Part shown: positions 1 to 9,351 of the stretch, piece by piece
Layout of the letters: each line of letters opens with the position of its first letter
Position numbering within the stretch: the stretch's first letter is position 1
From: an uncultured Leptospirales bacterium
Lineage (GTDB): Bacteria > Spirochaetota > UBA4802 > UBA5550
DNA: 64,000 nucleotides
Reading direction: 5' to 3'
Assembly: GCA_964534225.1 (NCBI GenBank)
Contig: CAZHNW010000003.1
Location: forward strand, 27,224-91,223
Notes under the pieces: model-generated
What the model saw: only the letters and a program-made list of their open reading frames with translations
Told to the model about the DNA's origin: nothing
The model's database searches: none
Translations under genes and position numbers: made by a program

Positions 1-285
1 CAAAGTTTTGAGAATCGTAATAAAAAAATAAAATATGCGTCAACAGCGGAACTGATAGAAAGGGCCCTGACTACACCGATTTCATCGAAAAGGGATTTTG
101 GTTTTGGCCTCTGCCAGGTTAATTCTATCATCGAAAGACTCAGGGGAACCCTCTACATTCGATCAGGGGATGCATCGGTGACAGGCCTTTATCGGAACAG
201 AAAAGAAGGGCGGCCCTTCATTTTTCAGAAAAATGGTATTAATACTTTTAACGGGACTCAGATATCAATATCTTTGAGTGCATGA
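1..285 (+). CDS. C-terminal fragment of a GHKL/HATPase_c-type ATP-binding protein (5' end outside window)
   Basis: Frame 1 is open from base 1 to TGA at 283-285. My translation ...RDFGFGLCQVNSIIERLRGTLYIRSGDA...TFNGTQISISLSA* shows a G2-like GxGL box and a terminal GT-x-I strand. Not in the ORF track because it has no start codon here. Confidence 0.7.
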   Translation, partial: QSFENRNKKIKYASTAELIERALTTPISSKRDFGFGLCQVNSIIERLRGTLYIRSGDASVTGLYRNRKEGRPFIFQKNGINTFNGTQISISLSA

Positions 286-292
286 AGGAAAT

Positions 293-838
293 ATGGAAGT
301 TAAAATCGGAAATTTATCAAAAAAGAACAGGCAGAAGAGCAGTGATCTTATTACGCGTCCTGTTGGCAGAAATATGTATAAAAAAGTAACTGAGTCAATG
401 AAAATAATCAGTGAAGGAGAGGTTGTTGTTCTTGATTTTGAAAATATCAGGGTTATTGATTCATCATTCATTGATGAATTCATTGTACGGCTTATTATGG
501 ACTCGGTAAATAAAGGGAACTTTTATGTCAAGTTACGCAATATATCGGACATTGCAGAAATTAATATATCCTCGGTGTTGAAGTCCTACAGTCAGTTCGA
601 TAAAAAAATTGTTGTAATGACCGAAGATATCTGCCTGAATAATAATTTTTATATCGGGGACCTCCTTTCTGATGAAAGCGATGTGATTAATTTTCTCAGG
701 ATTAACAGAGAAGTTTCTCTCGAGGATATAATTGCCGCTACGGGTCTGCCTGAAGAGCGGGCAAAGGTTGCCCTTGTAACCCTTGTTGAAATGAGGCTTG
801 TCAGGACTGTTGAAAATGGTATATACAGTATAGTATAG
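293..838 (+). CDS. STAS-like (DUF4325-type) domain protein with C-terminal winged-helix
   Basis: VVVLDFENIRVIDSSFIDE resembles the STAS DxS loop; C-terminal VSLEDIIAATGLPEERAKVALVTLVEMRLV resembles a wHTH. ATG 293 with GAAGGA upstream preferred over GTG 278. Confidence 0.65.
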   Translation: MEVKIGNLSKKNRQKSSDLITRPVGRNMYKKVTESMKIISEGEVVVLDFENIRVIDSSFIDEFIVRLIMDSVNKGNFYVKLRNISDIAEINISSVLKSYSQFDKKIVVMTEDICLNNNFYIGDLLSDESDVINFLRINREVSLEDIIAATGLPEERAKVALVTLVEMRLVRTVENGIYSIV

Positions 839-853
839 TGTAAATGGTAATTT

Positions 854-1327
854 ATGAAGGGGCAAAGAACAAAGGGAAAAACTAAAAAAAAAGATGACAG
901 CCTTTTTGGTCTGCTTTCTACCTACAAGGCACAGGTGACCTATCTTCGGGTGTTGATAAACGAGGATGAAAGCAAAATGGTGCTGCAGTTAACTGATAAT
1001 CCAGGAAAATGGCCGGACTTGAACCTGGAGAGATGGCAGGGGTATCGCATGGTGCGAAGGCTTGAACTGGATATCGATAAAATGTTGATAAAATATATCT
1101 ACCCATGGCATCTTATAAAGATCATGGGGCCTCTTCTCGGTATCAAGGTGCCGCCTGAGAAGGTGATGATTGAAAACAGCCTCCAAGAAGAAAATATTCT
1201 TTCACTGCATTTCCCGTTGAAATACAGTAAAAAGGTTTTTCAGGGTGTAAAAAAGCTGGTTTCTCTTACTCCCCAGAAAAAGTATGAGATATTAGAGAAA
1301 TGTATTATTGAAACTCAGGAAGAGTGA
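854..1327 (+). CDS. hypothetical protein
   Basis: 157-aa ORF in a tightly packed same-strand run; no family recognised. Confidence 0.6.
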   Translation: MKGQRTKGKTKKKDDSLFGLLSTYKAQVTYLRVLINEDESKMVLQLTDNPGKWPDLNLERWQGYRMVRRLELDIDKMLIKYIYPWHLIKIMGPLLGIKVPPEKVMIENSLQEENILSLHFPLKYSKKVFQGVKKLVSLTPQKKYEILEKCIIETQEE

Positions 1328-1328
1328 T

Positions 1329-2366
1329 ATGTCAGAACAGTTTGATTCATTAAATGAAAAGACCCGCCTTATTGAGATGTCTATGAAATATGTCGATGGT
1401 GACATGGAAAAGGCAAAGGCTATGGCGGCAGGACAGTATCTTGATAACGTTGCAGTGAAGGCAAAGTTTTTCATGCAGCAATCAGGGAAGTCAGGCATGT
1501 TTTTTGCATTTTTTAATATATTCGATGAGTATATTTCCTATGTTGAATCAGTTGTAGTGCAGAATGACAGTATCTATGAAAAGGTAAGGATTTTTGATGA
1601 CTGGAAGTCTCTCTTTTCTGACATGAATGCCTACAAACAGGGAGGAGACTTTCTGGATATGAACAATCTTCCTGACCTTCTTATAGATGGAATGGTAGAA
1701 AGGGATATTTTTCCTCATGTTCAGGAGAGCAACCTCGATGAACTCACGCGCAACATACAACTTATCCTGAAACAGGTCCTGGAAGAAATGAATGTTCAAT
1801 GCCAGGTGGAGATAGAACCGACAAGTTCACTGGCAATGGAACTGGGGGGTATCCCCCTGGTGACACCTCATGGTTCGGAGACGGCACAGGAGGAAACGTC
1901 CGCACCAGACATTCCGGAAGAAACCGAGTTCGAACGCCGTATACGTACAATTGAGGAAGAGGCAAATTTTGTTGTAGAGGGAACATCCATTGTTGCGCCT
2001 GTTAAAGGGAAATATATCAATGATATCCAGGTGGGTGAAAAGCTTATGGTTCTTCTTCCCGGCAAGGATCCTGTTTCCCGTAAAATTTTAAGCGTACTCC
2101 ATGCTGTCGATTCAGACGGGCGTATTTCTCCCATCAAGGGGCGGGTCAAAGAAAAGGTCTCAATGGAAAAATCAGGATATATTCTCTATGCCCTGGTTGC
2201 CAAGGGTGTTCTTGCCAGGCTGACCGAAGAAGAAAATGTCAAAATTCGTATGGAGACCGGGGAAGAAACAGCAGCTCCTGAAAAAGAGAGCAAGATAATC
2301 TATCTCATGATTTTTCTGCTTCTTCTTATTATTATCGCTGGTATTGTACTCTTTACCCTGTTATGA
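1329..2366 (+). CDS. hypothetical protein with C-terminal membrane anchor
   Basis: Long ORF; ATG 1329 lies 1 nt after the upstream stop; C-terminal hydrophobic helix IIYLMIFLLLLIIIAGIVLFTLL. Confidence 0.7.
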   Translation: MSEQFDSLNEKTRLIEMSMKYVDGDMEKAKAMAAGQYLDNVAVKAKFFMQQSGKSGMFFAFFNIFDEYISYVESVVVQNDSIYEKVRIFDDWKSLFSDMNAYKQGGDFLDMNNLPDLLIDGMVERDIFPHVQESNLDELTRNIQLILKQVLEEMNVQCQVEIEPTSSLAMELGGIPLVTPHGSETAQEETSAPDIPEETEFERRIRTIEEEANFVVEGTSIVAPVKGKYINDIQVGEKLMVLLPGKDPVSRKILSVLHAVDSDGRISPIKGRVKEKVSMEKSGYILYALVAKGVLARLTEEENVKIRMETGEETAAPEKESKIIYLMIFLLLLIIIAGIVLFTLL

Positions 2367-3268
2367 TTTTTCAAAGGGGGAAGTTTATACCTTTTGTTTT
2401 CCTTCTACTCTGCTCTGCAGTGACAGCCCGTATGCCGGGCTGGAAGTTTTTCATGGATGGAGAGGGAAACAGTTATTATATAAACCCTGCAAACAGGATT
2501 ATTATTACAGAAAAAATTGATAATTTGTCCCGTCCGGTTTCAGTGCGGGGACTTGATTATTACTCTGCTGTTTCAAAAGAACTTCTTAAAAACCATCGTC
2601 CGATAGATGCTTTGCGTATTGCAAGAACAATCCTTGCAATGGAACCCTTTGACATGAGAATCGTCAGGGCCCAGGAAAAGGCATCACAGCTTAAAAGCAG
2701 AATTATGAGACGCAATGGCACGCGCTTTGTGAAAATGAACCGTCTTGCCTCTCCCCTCCTGTATCGCAACAGCCATGACAGGGTCGTACTTGTGAATGAA
2801 AATATGCACTATTCATTTGAAACAACTGGCATGGTCACGGTAATCAGAAAACGGGTCAGGGTGAAACCGTCATATATCCACCAGGGAGTACTTCTGGGAA
2901 TATCCTTTGAAAAGATGGAAAAACAGAAAAATGATATCGGGACTGTTTTTGATTGCCTCATGGCCGTTGACGCAGAAAAGTTCGGGCAGGTCATTGTGAG
3001 TCTTGAAGAACTTGAAAAATCATGGGAAAGGCGGATTATTCTTACTTCTGGAAACAAAAAAATTTTCCTTAAGAAAGAAAAGGCAGTTGTTTACCGCTAC
3101 ACTGTAGACAGTACCATACGTTACTCCGGGTATGAAGGGTATATCATTAATGGAAATATCGGCTATGCATGGAAGATTATAGCCCCGGCGGTGCGAATGA
3201 ATGAAATTGGTGAAAATATAAAAAATCTTGCAGACTCATTGAAAATAAGCCGTATATCATCACGGTAA
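2363..3268 (+). CDS. hypothetical exported protein
   Basis: 301-aa ORF with N-terminal hydrophobic signal; ATGA overlap with the upstream gene. Confidence 0.65.
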   Translation: MIFQRGKFIPFVFLLLCSAVTARMPGWKFFMDGEGNSYYINPANRIIITEKIDNLSRPVSVRGLDYYSAVSKELLKNHRPIDALRIARTILAMEPFDMRIVRAQEKASQLKSRIMRRNGTRFVKMNRLASPLLYRNSHDRVVLVNENMHYSFETTGMVTVIRKRVRVKPSYIHQGVLLGISFEKMEKQKNDIGTVFDCLMAVDAEKFGQVIVSLEELEKSWERRIILTSGNKKIFLKKEKAVVYRYTVDSTIRYSGYEGYIINGNIGYAWKIIAPAVRMNEIGENIKNLADSLKISRISSR

Positions 3269-3307
3269 TCGGTTGTTACACTGTTAGATAAGAAAATGGG
3301 ATGGATC

Positions 3308-3796
3308 TCAGCGGGCCTTTATTTTGCTTTCAGAATGAATAAGGGCTGTCTCTCCGCAGTTTTCCTTGTCTTTACAGTTAATACAGTCTTTCCATATCTT
3401 TTCCGGGAGGCTTCCCTTGGGGACTTCAATAAAACCGTTTTTTTTAAAGAAATCAGGTGCATAGGAAAGGGCAAATATTCGGTAATCTCCATCTTTTTTT
3501 ATGGCAGCAATCATGGCTTCAAGGAGATGGGTTCCTATGGAAAGACCCGCGTATTCGAGCCTGACAGCCAGGGACCTGATTTCGATCAGTTTTTGCCCGT
3601 AATCGAAACGAGCAATTATTCCGACTATCTCTTTTTCATTTTTAGCAACGAGAAAGCTGTCTATGTATTCCCTGATTTCATCGACGGGACGTTCGAGTAT
3701 GATTCCTTTGCGGGCATACTCGTTCATAATGGTACTTATCTCTTCAGCATCCTCTTTTGAAGGTGAAGAGATAAAAATGAAGGTTGGCTTTTTCAC
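3308..3796 (-). CDS. argA: GNAT N-acetyltransferase, short ArgA (N-acetylglutamate synthase) type
   Basis: EIRSLAV...GIGTHLL, FFKKNGF, LPEKIWKDC motifs typical of short ArgA. Confidence 0.75.
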   Translation of the reverse strand: MKKPTFIFISSPSKEDAEEISTIMNEYARKGIILERPVDEIREYIDSFLVAKNEKEIVGIIARFDYGQKLIEIRSLAVRLEYAGLSIGTHLLEAMIAAIKKDGDYRIFALSYAPDFFKKNGFIEVPKGSLPEKIWKDCINCKDKENCGETALIHSESKIKAR

Positions 3797-3814
3797 AATC
3801 TGTTCTTTCCAGGT

Positions 3815-4402
3815 TTATTTCCGTTTTACGATACGAGAACTGGAAGATATTGAATAGTGCGTGTACGAGTCAAGTTTTTTCAGGGTTTTGCGGGCTTTAT
3901 TTATAGACTCAAAGGGCCCGGTGTAGACCCGGAAATATCCCTTTAAAGAGGCACGGGAAAGAATTACTGTGTGGCCCTTTTTGCTGAGATATGATGCGAT
4001 GGCACGGGCGTCCTTTTCTTTATAGGATTTACCAACCTTTATTGCAAAGGGGTATTTCTCCATGGGGAAACGGCTTTGCCGGGTTGCCGCCTCGGCGCTG
4101 CGGGTTTTAACCAGGGATGAAACCTTTTTTGACAGGGAGTTCATGGCGTTATAGGTGGCATCATCGACGATGGGTGTTTTGCCTCCCCCTGCGAATTTGA
4201 TACCGATGGCAAGCCCGGTGGTAAAACAGATGATGCAAAGGGCTGAAATAAGAAAAATGACCCTGCTTGCCCTTTTTTTTGCTTTTTCCTGGTCGCGTGT
4301 ATAGATCCCTGACATGCGGGGAAAGTATTCAGGGTCAGATTTTTCGAATTGGGGGGAGAGTTCCCTGGCGTGAGAACCACTGTAAAAATCGATGTTCTGC
4401 AT
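3815..4402 (-). CDS. SPOR-domain membrane-anchored cell division protein
   Basis: One TM helix, then C-terminal FAIKVG...YFRVYTGPFESINKARKTLKKL SPOR-like repeat; ATG 4402 has a GAGGA RBS. Confidence 0.75.
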   Translation of the reverse strand: MQNIDFYSGSHARELSPQFEKSDPEYFPRMSGIYTRDQEKAKKRASRVIFLISALCIICFTTGLAIGIKFAGGGKTPIVDDATYNAMNSLSKKVSSLVKTRSAEAATRQSRFPMEKYPFAIKVGKSYKEKDARAIASYLSKKGHTVILSRASLKGYFRVYTGPFESINKARKTLKKLDSYTHYSISSSSRIVKRK

Positions 4403-4611
4403 TGAAATCCTCAGCTGTATCAAAAATGGTAAGAATTGTTCCTGTTCTTACTATTCATTCGACATAATAAGAAAAAAGCATGAGAATTTTGCCTTCATGG
4501 GCAGGCAGGTTTTTTTGGGGGGGGGAAGTTTACAACCAGTAGGGCCTTTTCTACAGGCATTGAAGAGAAATGTCCAGTCTTATTCTACCGGAGAAACGGG
4601 TAAGGCTGTTA

Positions 4612-5694
4612 TCAGGCATTTTTGCTTTCGAATTCGGCCATAAAATCAACAAGTTGTTTTACACCTGATACGGGCATGGCATTGTAGAGACTGGCACGCA
4701 TTCCTCCGATGGTGCGGTGGCCCTTAAGATTTACGAGTCCTTCCCCTGTGGCGGCGGTAATGAAATTATTGTCAATTTCATCAGAACCTGTGGTAAATGT
4801 AATATTCATAAGTGATCTGAAATTTTTATCGACTCTCCCTGAGAAGAGGTTCGAGGCATCAAGATAATCATAGAGGAGTGACGCTTTTTCGAGGTTTGTT
4901 TTTTCCATGGCCTTTATGCCGCCGTTCTTTTTCAGATGTTCAAAGACCAGTCGTGCAATATAGATACCATAGGTAGGGGGTGTGTTAAACATGGATCCGT
5001 TTGCGGTGTGGGTGGCATAGTCGAGCATGGTGGGGGTTTCTTTCATGGCATGACCGACAAGGTCGTCCCTGATGATGACAATGGTAACACCGGCAGGGCC
5101 GATATTTTTCTGGGCTCCTGCAAAAATAAGACCGTATTGTGATACATCGATTGCTTCGGAAAGAATTGAAGATGACATATCAGCGACAAGGGGTATATCA
5201 ATTGTGCCAGGGATACTGCTGTACCTGGTACCGTAGATGGTATTGTTGGTGCAGATATGCAGATAAGCGGCATCCTTTTCGATCTGTTTTTTTGAAATTT
5301 CAGGAATATAGGTAAAGTTTTTATCTTCAGAAGAGGCGATAATGGTAACATTGCCAAATCGCCTGGCCTCAGCTATGGCCTTGGCCGTCCAGACCCCCGT
5401 GTGAATGAAATTGCATTTTCCGGTTTTGCCCATCAGGTTGAGGGGGATCATGGCAAACTGCAGGGACGCTCCTCCCTGGAGAAAGAGGACATGATAATTA
5501 TCAGGTATAGAGAGAAGTTCCCTGATAAGAGATTCAGCGCTGTCAATGATTTCCTGGTATGCCGGGGACCGGTGGCTCATTTCCATGACGGACATGCCGC
5601 TATCGCGGTATTCAAGAAGTTCTTCTGAGGCACGGCGCAGTACCTCTTCGGGAAGGGTGGCAGGACCAGCTGAAAAATTGATCACACGGGTCAT
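4612..5694 (-). CDS. serC: phosphoserine aminotransferase
   Basis: NFSAGPA, EMSHRS, FLQGGASLQF, GAQKNIGPAG (PLP lysine), NTPP, GHRTIGGMRASLYNA. Confidence 0.97.
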   Translation of the reverse strand: MTRVINFSAGPATLPEEVLRRASEELLEYRDSGMSVMEMSHRSPAYQEIIDSAESLIRELLSIPDNYHVLFLQGGASLQFAMIPLNLMGKTGKCNFIHTGVWTAKAIAEARRFGNVTIIASSEDKNFTYIPEISKKQIEKDAAYLHICTNNTIYGTRYSSIPGTIDIPLVADMSSSILSEAIDVSQYGLIFAGAQKNIGPAGVTIVIIRDDLVGHAMKETPTMLDYATHTANGSMFNTPPTYGIYIARLVFEHLKKNGGIKAMEKTNLEKASLLYDYLDASNLFSGRVDKNFRSLMNITFTTGSDEIDNNFITAATGEGLVNLKGHRTIGGMRASLYNAMPVSGVKQLVDFMAEFESKNA

Positions 5695-6004
5695 ATATAT
5701 CTCCTGATGAAAGAATTATCAAAATATATGGTGAAAATATTGTAATAAACTGATAATCAGGTAACTTTTTGCACAGGCGGTTTAGAAATCAATGATAATT
5801 CACGATTTTCGAAATTTATTGCAGGGGATAATTTATTGACACCTGCTGAAGCTGTTTCAATTTAGATAAAAGAATCATGAATTCATTGGATTTTGGGCAT
5901 AAATGCAGATTACAGCAGGGATTTGTGATTGCAACCTGAGAGGCTATTTGATTACTGGATGTAACCAGATTATAATATAAAGATAAATTATTGAGGAAAG
6001 TGAT

Positions 6005-7231
6005 ATGGCATTACTAAAAGCATTTGAAGCCCTGCGTCCCGTTAAGGACCTTGCAGGACAGGTTGCGGAGCTTCCCTACGATGTGCTCAGTTCCGATGAG
6101 GCAAAGGTTATTGCATCGGAAAACGACTGTAGTTTTTTCCACATTACAAAACCTGAAATTGACCTTGAGCCGGGTATTGATATCTATGACCCGTCAGTAT
6201 ACCGGGCGGGAAAAGAAAAGCTGGAAGATTTTGTCTCACGCGGCATTCTTAAAAAGGATGAAAAACCCTGTCTCTACCTGTACACCCAGGTGATGCAGGG
6301 AAGAGCGCAGACGGGTCTTGTTGCTGCTGTCAGTATTGATGATTACCTTGAAAATCGTATCAAGAAACATGAGTTGACCCGTGAAGACAAGGAGAAGGAT
6401 CGTACGACACATCTCGATATTCTCGATGCCAATACCGGCCCTGTGTTTCTTCTTTACCGCGAGAATGGGCAAAAGAAAGATCTTTTTGCTGCAGCGATGA
6501 AAATTGAACCTGATGTTGATTTCATTGCCGATGATGGAGTCCGCCATATCGTTCGTGTTATCGATAATGATAATATGATTTTTGAATTCGTTGCCGCCTT
6601 CAAAGACGATATTTTTTATATCGCAGATGGCCATCACAGGGCGGCATCTGCCGTGCGAGTTGGTGAAAAAAGGAGACAGGAAAATCCAGGGTATGATGGC
6701 ACTGAGGAATATAACTTCTTCCTCGCCGTTATTTTTCCTCATGACCAGTTAAATATTCTTCCTTACAATCGGGTCATTCGCGATTTGAATGACATGAGCG
6801 AAAAAGAATTCCTGGAAAAAATAGCTGTAAACTTCCACCTCACCAAAAAAGACAGAAAGGAGCCTGAAATGACGAGGCAGTTCTGTATGTACTGTGGCGG
6901 AAAATGGTACAGCCTGGAGCCGAAGTTTAATGTCAGTAACGATCCCATAGAGGGGCTTGATGTTAAGATACTTCAGGATAATGTGTTCTGTCCGCTTTTT
7001 GGTATAGAGAATCCCCGTACTGATAACCGAATCAGTTTTATCGGCGGTATCCGCGGGACAAAGGAACTTGAAAAACTGGTTGATTCCGGTGAGTATAAGG
7101 TGGCTTTTTCAATGTTTCCCACAACCATTGAACAGTTAATGAATGTTTCTGACATGGATGGTATTATGCCGCCGAAGTCAACATGGTTTGAACCGAAACT
7201 GCGCAGCGGACTATTTGTTCACACTCTATAG
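6005..7231 (+). CDS. DUF1015 family protein
   Basis: LPYDV, IKKHELTR, IADGHHRAASA, MPPKSTWFEPKLRSGLF are DUF1015 signatures. Confidence 0.9.
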   Translation: MALLKAFEALRPVKDLAGQVAELPYDVLSSDEAKVIASENDCSFFHITKPEIDLEPGIDIYDPSVYRAGKEKLEDFVSRGILKKDEKPCLYLYTQVMQGRAQTGLVAAVSIDDYLENRIKKHELTREDKEKDRTTHLDILDANTGPVFLLYRENGQKKDLFAAAMKIEPDVDFIADDGVRHIVRVIDNDNMIFEFVAAFKDDIFYIADGHHRAASAVRVGEKRRQENPGYDGTEEYNFFLAVIFPHDQLNILPYNRVIRDLNDMSEKEFLEKIAVNFHLTKKDRKEPEMTRQFCMYCGGKWYSLEPKFNVSNDPIEGLDVKILQDNVFCPLFGIENPRTDNRISFIGGIRGTKELEKLVDSGEYKVAFSMFPTTIEQLMNVSDMDGIMPPKSTWFEPKLRSGLFVHTL

Positions 7232-7251
7232 ATCTGCAACTGCAGGAAATT

Positions 7252-7974
7252 TTATTCTCCCAGGGCGTTCTTCAGTTTTTTGACTTCATGGCTTTTGAGT
7301 TGACGGGTCTCGCCGCGATGCAGGGCTCCCAGTTCAAGGGAGCCGTAGGAAATTCTTTTCAGGTTGATGACCCGGTAGCCGAATTTTTTCAGGCTGTAGC
7401 GTATCTGGCGTTTTTTTCCTTCCCTGATGGTCATATTAATCAGTCTGCCTGATTTATGGATAACCTGTATCCGTGCGGGCAGGGTTTTCAATTTCAGCTG
7501 ATGGAGAAAGATACCTTTTTCGATTTTTTTTCTGTCCGGATCCTGAAGAGGCCTGTCGATTTCTACGAAGTATTTTTTTTCGAGATGAGAGGAAGGGTGG
7601 CTGAGTTTTCGTGCGAAATCACCGTCATTTGTCAGCAGTAAAAGTCCTTCTGTATCTTTGTCAAGCCTGCCTACGGGGAAGACACCGGCTCTCAGGTATT
7701 TTTCAGGAAGAAGGTCCATAACGGTGAAACGGCCCTTTTCGTCCCTGAGTGTCGTTATGTAGCCGCGCGGTTTGTTCAGCATCAGGTAGGTAAATTCAGA
7801 AGCAGGGGTCAGTTCCTGTCCATGGTATTCTACGATATCGTTGTCGACATCAATGTCCCGGCCCAGATCGGAGATAACCTGACCGTTGACTGTTATCTTC
7901 CCCCCTGTAATAAGCTCTTCAACTTTTCTGCGGGAACCGAGTCCGCACTGGGCAAGAAATTTATTTATTCTCAT
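7252..7974 (-). CDS. rluB: rRNA pseudouridine synthase, RsuA/RluB family
   Basis: S4 domain (RINKFLAQCGLGSRRK), LNKPRG, catalytic GRLDKDTEGLLLLTNDG, EGKKRQIR. Confidence 0.9.
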   Translation of the reverse strand: MRINKFLAQCGLGSRRKVEELITGGKITVNGQVISDLGRDIDVDNDIVEYHGQELTPASEFTYLMLNKPRGYITTLRDEKGRFTVMDLLPEKYLRAGVFPVGRLDKDTEGLLLLTNDGDFARKLSHPSSHLEKKYFVEIDRPLQDPDRKKIEKGIFLHQLKLKTLPARIQVIHKSGRLINMTIREGKKRQIRYSLKKFGYRVINLKRISYGSLELGALHRGETRQLKSHEVKKLKNALGE

Positions 7975-8725
7975 TTGTTTCTTTTTTTGGCATTTTCGCC
8001 CTGTCGTTTTTGGCCGCCTCTGCTGCTTCTTTTTTCAGGGCAGGACTGATTTCTGCCTGTATCTTTTTAAAGCGGAATTCTTTTTCCTTGATCATTGTAT
8101 GGAGCAGGTATGACTGGCCCCTTCGGGTATAGTTAAGGTTGCTTTTGAAGGTAGTTCCCTTGAGAAAAACGATTTCGTTTTGGGCAAGGTCGAAGTTGTA
8201 TTCCCCCTTCAGGGCGTATTTTTCTCCCCCCTTGCGATAGGAGCTGTAGGTACCGTTTTCATATATTTCAAGTCCATGCCAGGTAAAGTCACCGAAACGG
8301 TTGATGCTCCACCATTTTCCTTTCAGTTCTTTTTTGAGCTCTTCTGTTTCTTTTTCCCAGAAACGGGAGACATAGGCCTTAACATCATCCTCTTTGCCTG
8401 AATTGAGTATTTTCAGGTTATTGCCGAAGACCCACCCTGTCATGCCGTTTTTCAAGGCTACCCTGTACCAGTAATTGCTGCTTTTGCCGATCCAGGTTTT
8501 TACGGATGACCTGTCTTTTACGCGCACAGATTCACCCTTTTCGAGGCGGGTAATGCGAGAAGAAAAGATAAAGGGTGAAATTCTTACCGAGGTGTTGTGT
8601 GACAGTATGATGCCAGCCGTCTCTTTTTGCAGGGCCTGCGTGGCGCCGTTTTCACTGTCGGTGCATGCCTGCAGGAATGGGATGGTGAGAATCACCGTCG
8701 AAAATAAAATGGTCCATCGTTTCAT
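7961..8725 (-). CDS. SH3-domain lipoprotein
   Basis: Lipobox-like FLQAC; SH3b-like LEKGESVRV...WYRVALKNGMTGWVFG. Confidence 0.7.
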   Translation of the reverse strand: MKRWTILFSTVILTIPFLQACTDSENGATQALQKETAGIILSHNTSVRISPFIFSSRITRLEKGESVRVKDRSSVKTWIGKSSNYWYRVALKNGMTGWVFGNNLKILNSGKEDDVKAYVSRFWEKETEELKKELKGKWWSINRFGDFTWHGLEIYENGTYSSYRKGGEKYALKGEYNFDLAQNEIVFLKGTTFKSNLNYTRRGQSYLLHTMIKEKEFRFKKIQAEISPALKKEAAEAAKNDRAKMPKKETNENK

Positions 8726-8737
8726 GGTTGTTACTTT

Positions 8738-9127
8738 TTACCTTTCTTTGAATTGAAATATTTCTTCTTCCTGACCTTCAATAGAATTGATGAAAACCTG
8801 TTTTTCACCGTTTTCGTAGACTACATTCAATCTAAGGGGAGATTCTTCAATAGAAATTTTATTTTTTGCGCAATTAAATTCTCTGCCTCTAACGCGGCCG
8901 TCACATTGTATTGACCATGGATGATTTTTCATTAAGTCCAGAGGAACGCCTTCGAATTGAAGACGCATGGTCCCCCTCGTGACCGGTTTTACTGTCAATG
9001 TATAGTAGCGCTGGAGCCCTTTTTGATGGACATAGACGCCACTGATGTCGGTAATTTTTGCACAATGCAGCATGAGGAAGATGAGACTGGCAAGTGAAGG
9101 ATAGAGAAGTATTCTAAGGCTTTTCAT
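8738..9127 (-). CDS. hypothetical lipoprotein
   Basis: Signal peptide ending LMLHC; GGAGG RBS upstream. Confidence 0.6.
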   Translation of the reverse strand: MKSLRILLYPSLASLIFLMLHCAKITDISGVYVHQKGLQRYYTLTVKPVTRGTMRLQFEGVPLDLMKNHPWSIQCDGRVRGREFNCAKNKISIEESPLRLNVVYENGEKQVFINSIEGQEEEIFQFKER

Positions 9128-9351
9128 GGTTCCTCCTGTTAGAGTGAAGGTCTGGATTGGTGTGAAATCTGTTGGAAAATTACCGGTATCATACTGCTAT
9201 TGTATCAAAGAGGAAAGCAATTTTTTCTCTGTAAGGAGGGGATTTTATTGCTTCTTTTTATAGCCTCTGGTGTTAACCGGCACCCGCTGATCGGGGATGT
9301 TACAGGGATTTGACTTGACGGGAGAGACAACTTACCCTTCATTATTCAGTC

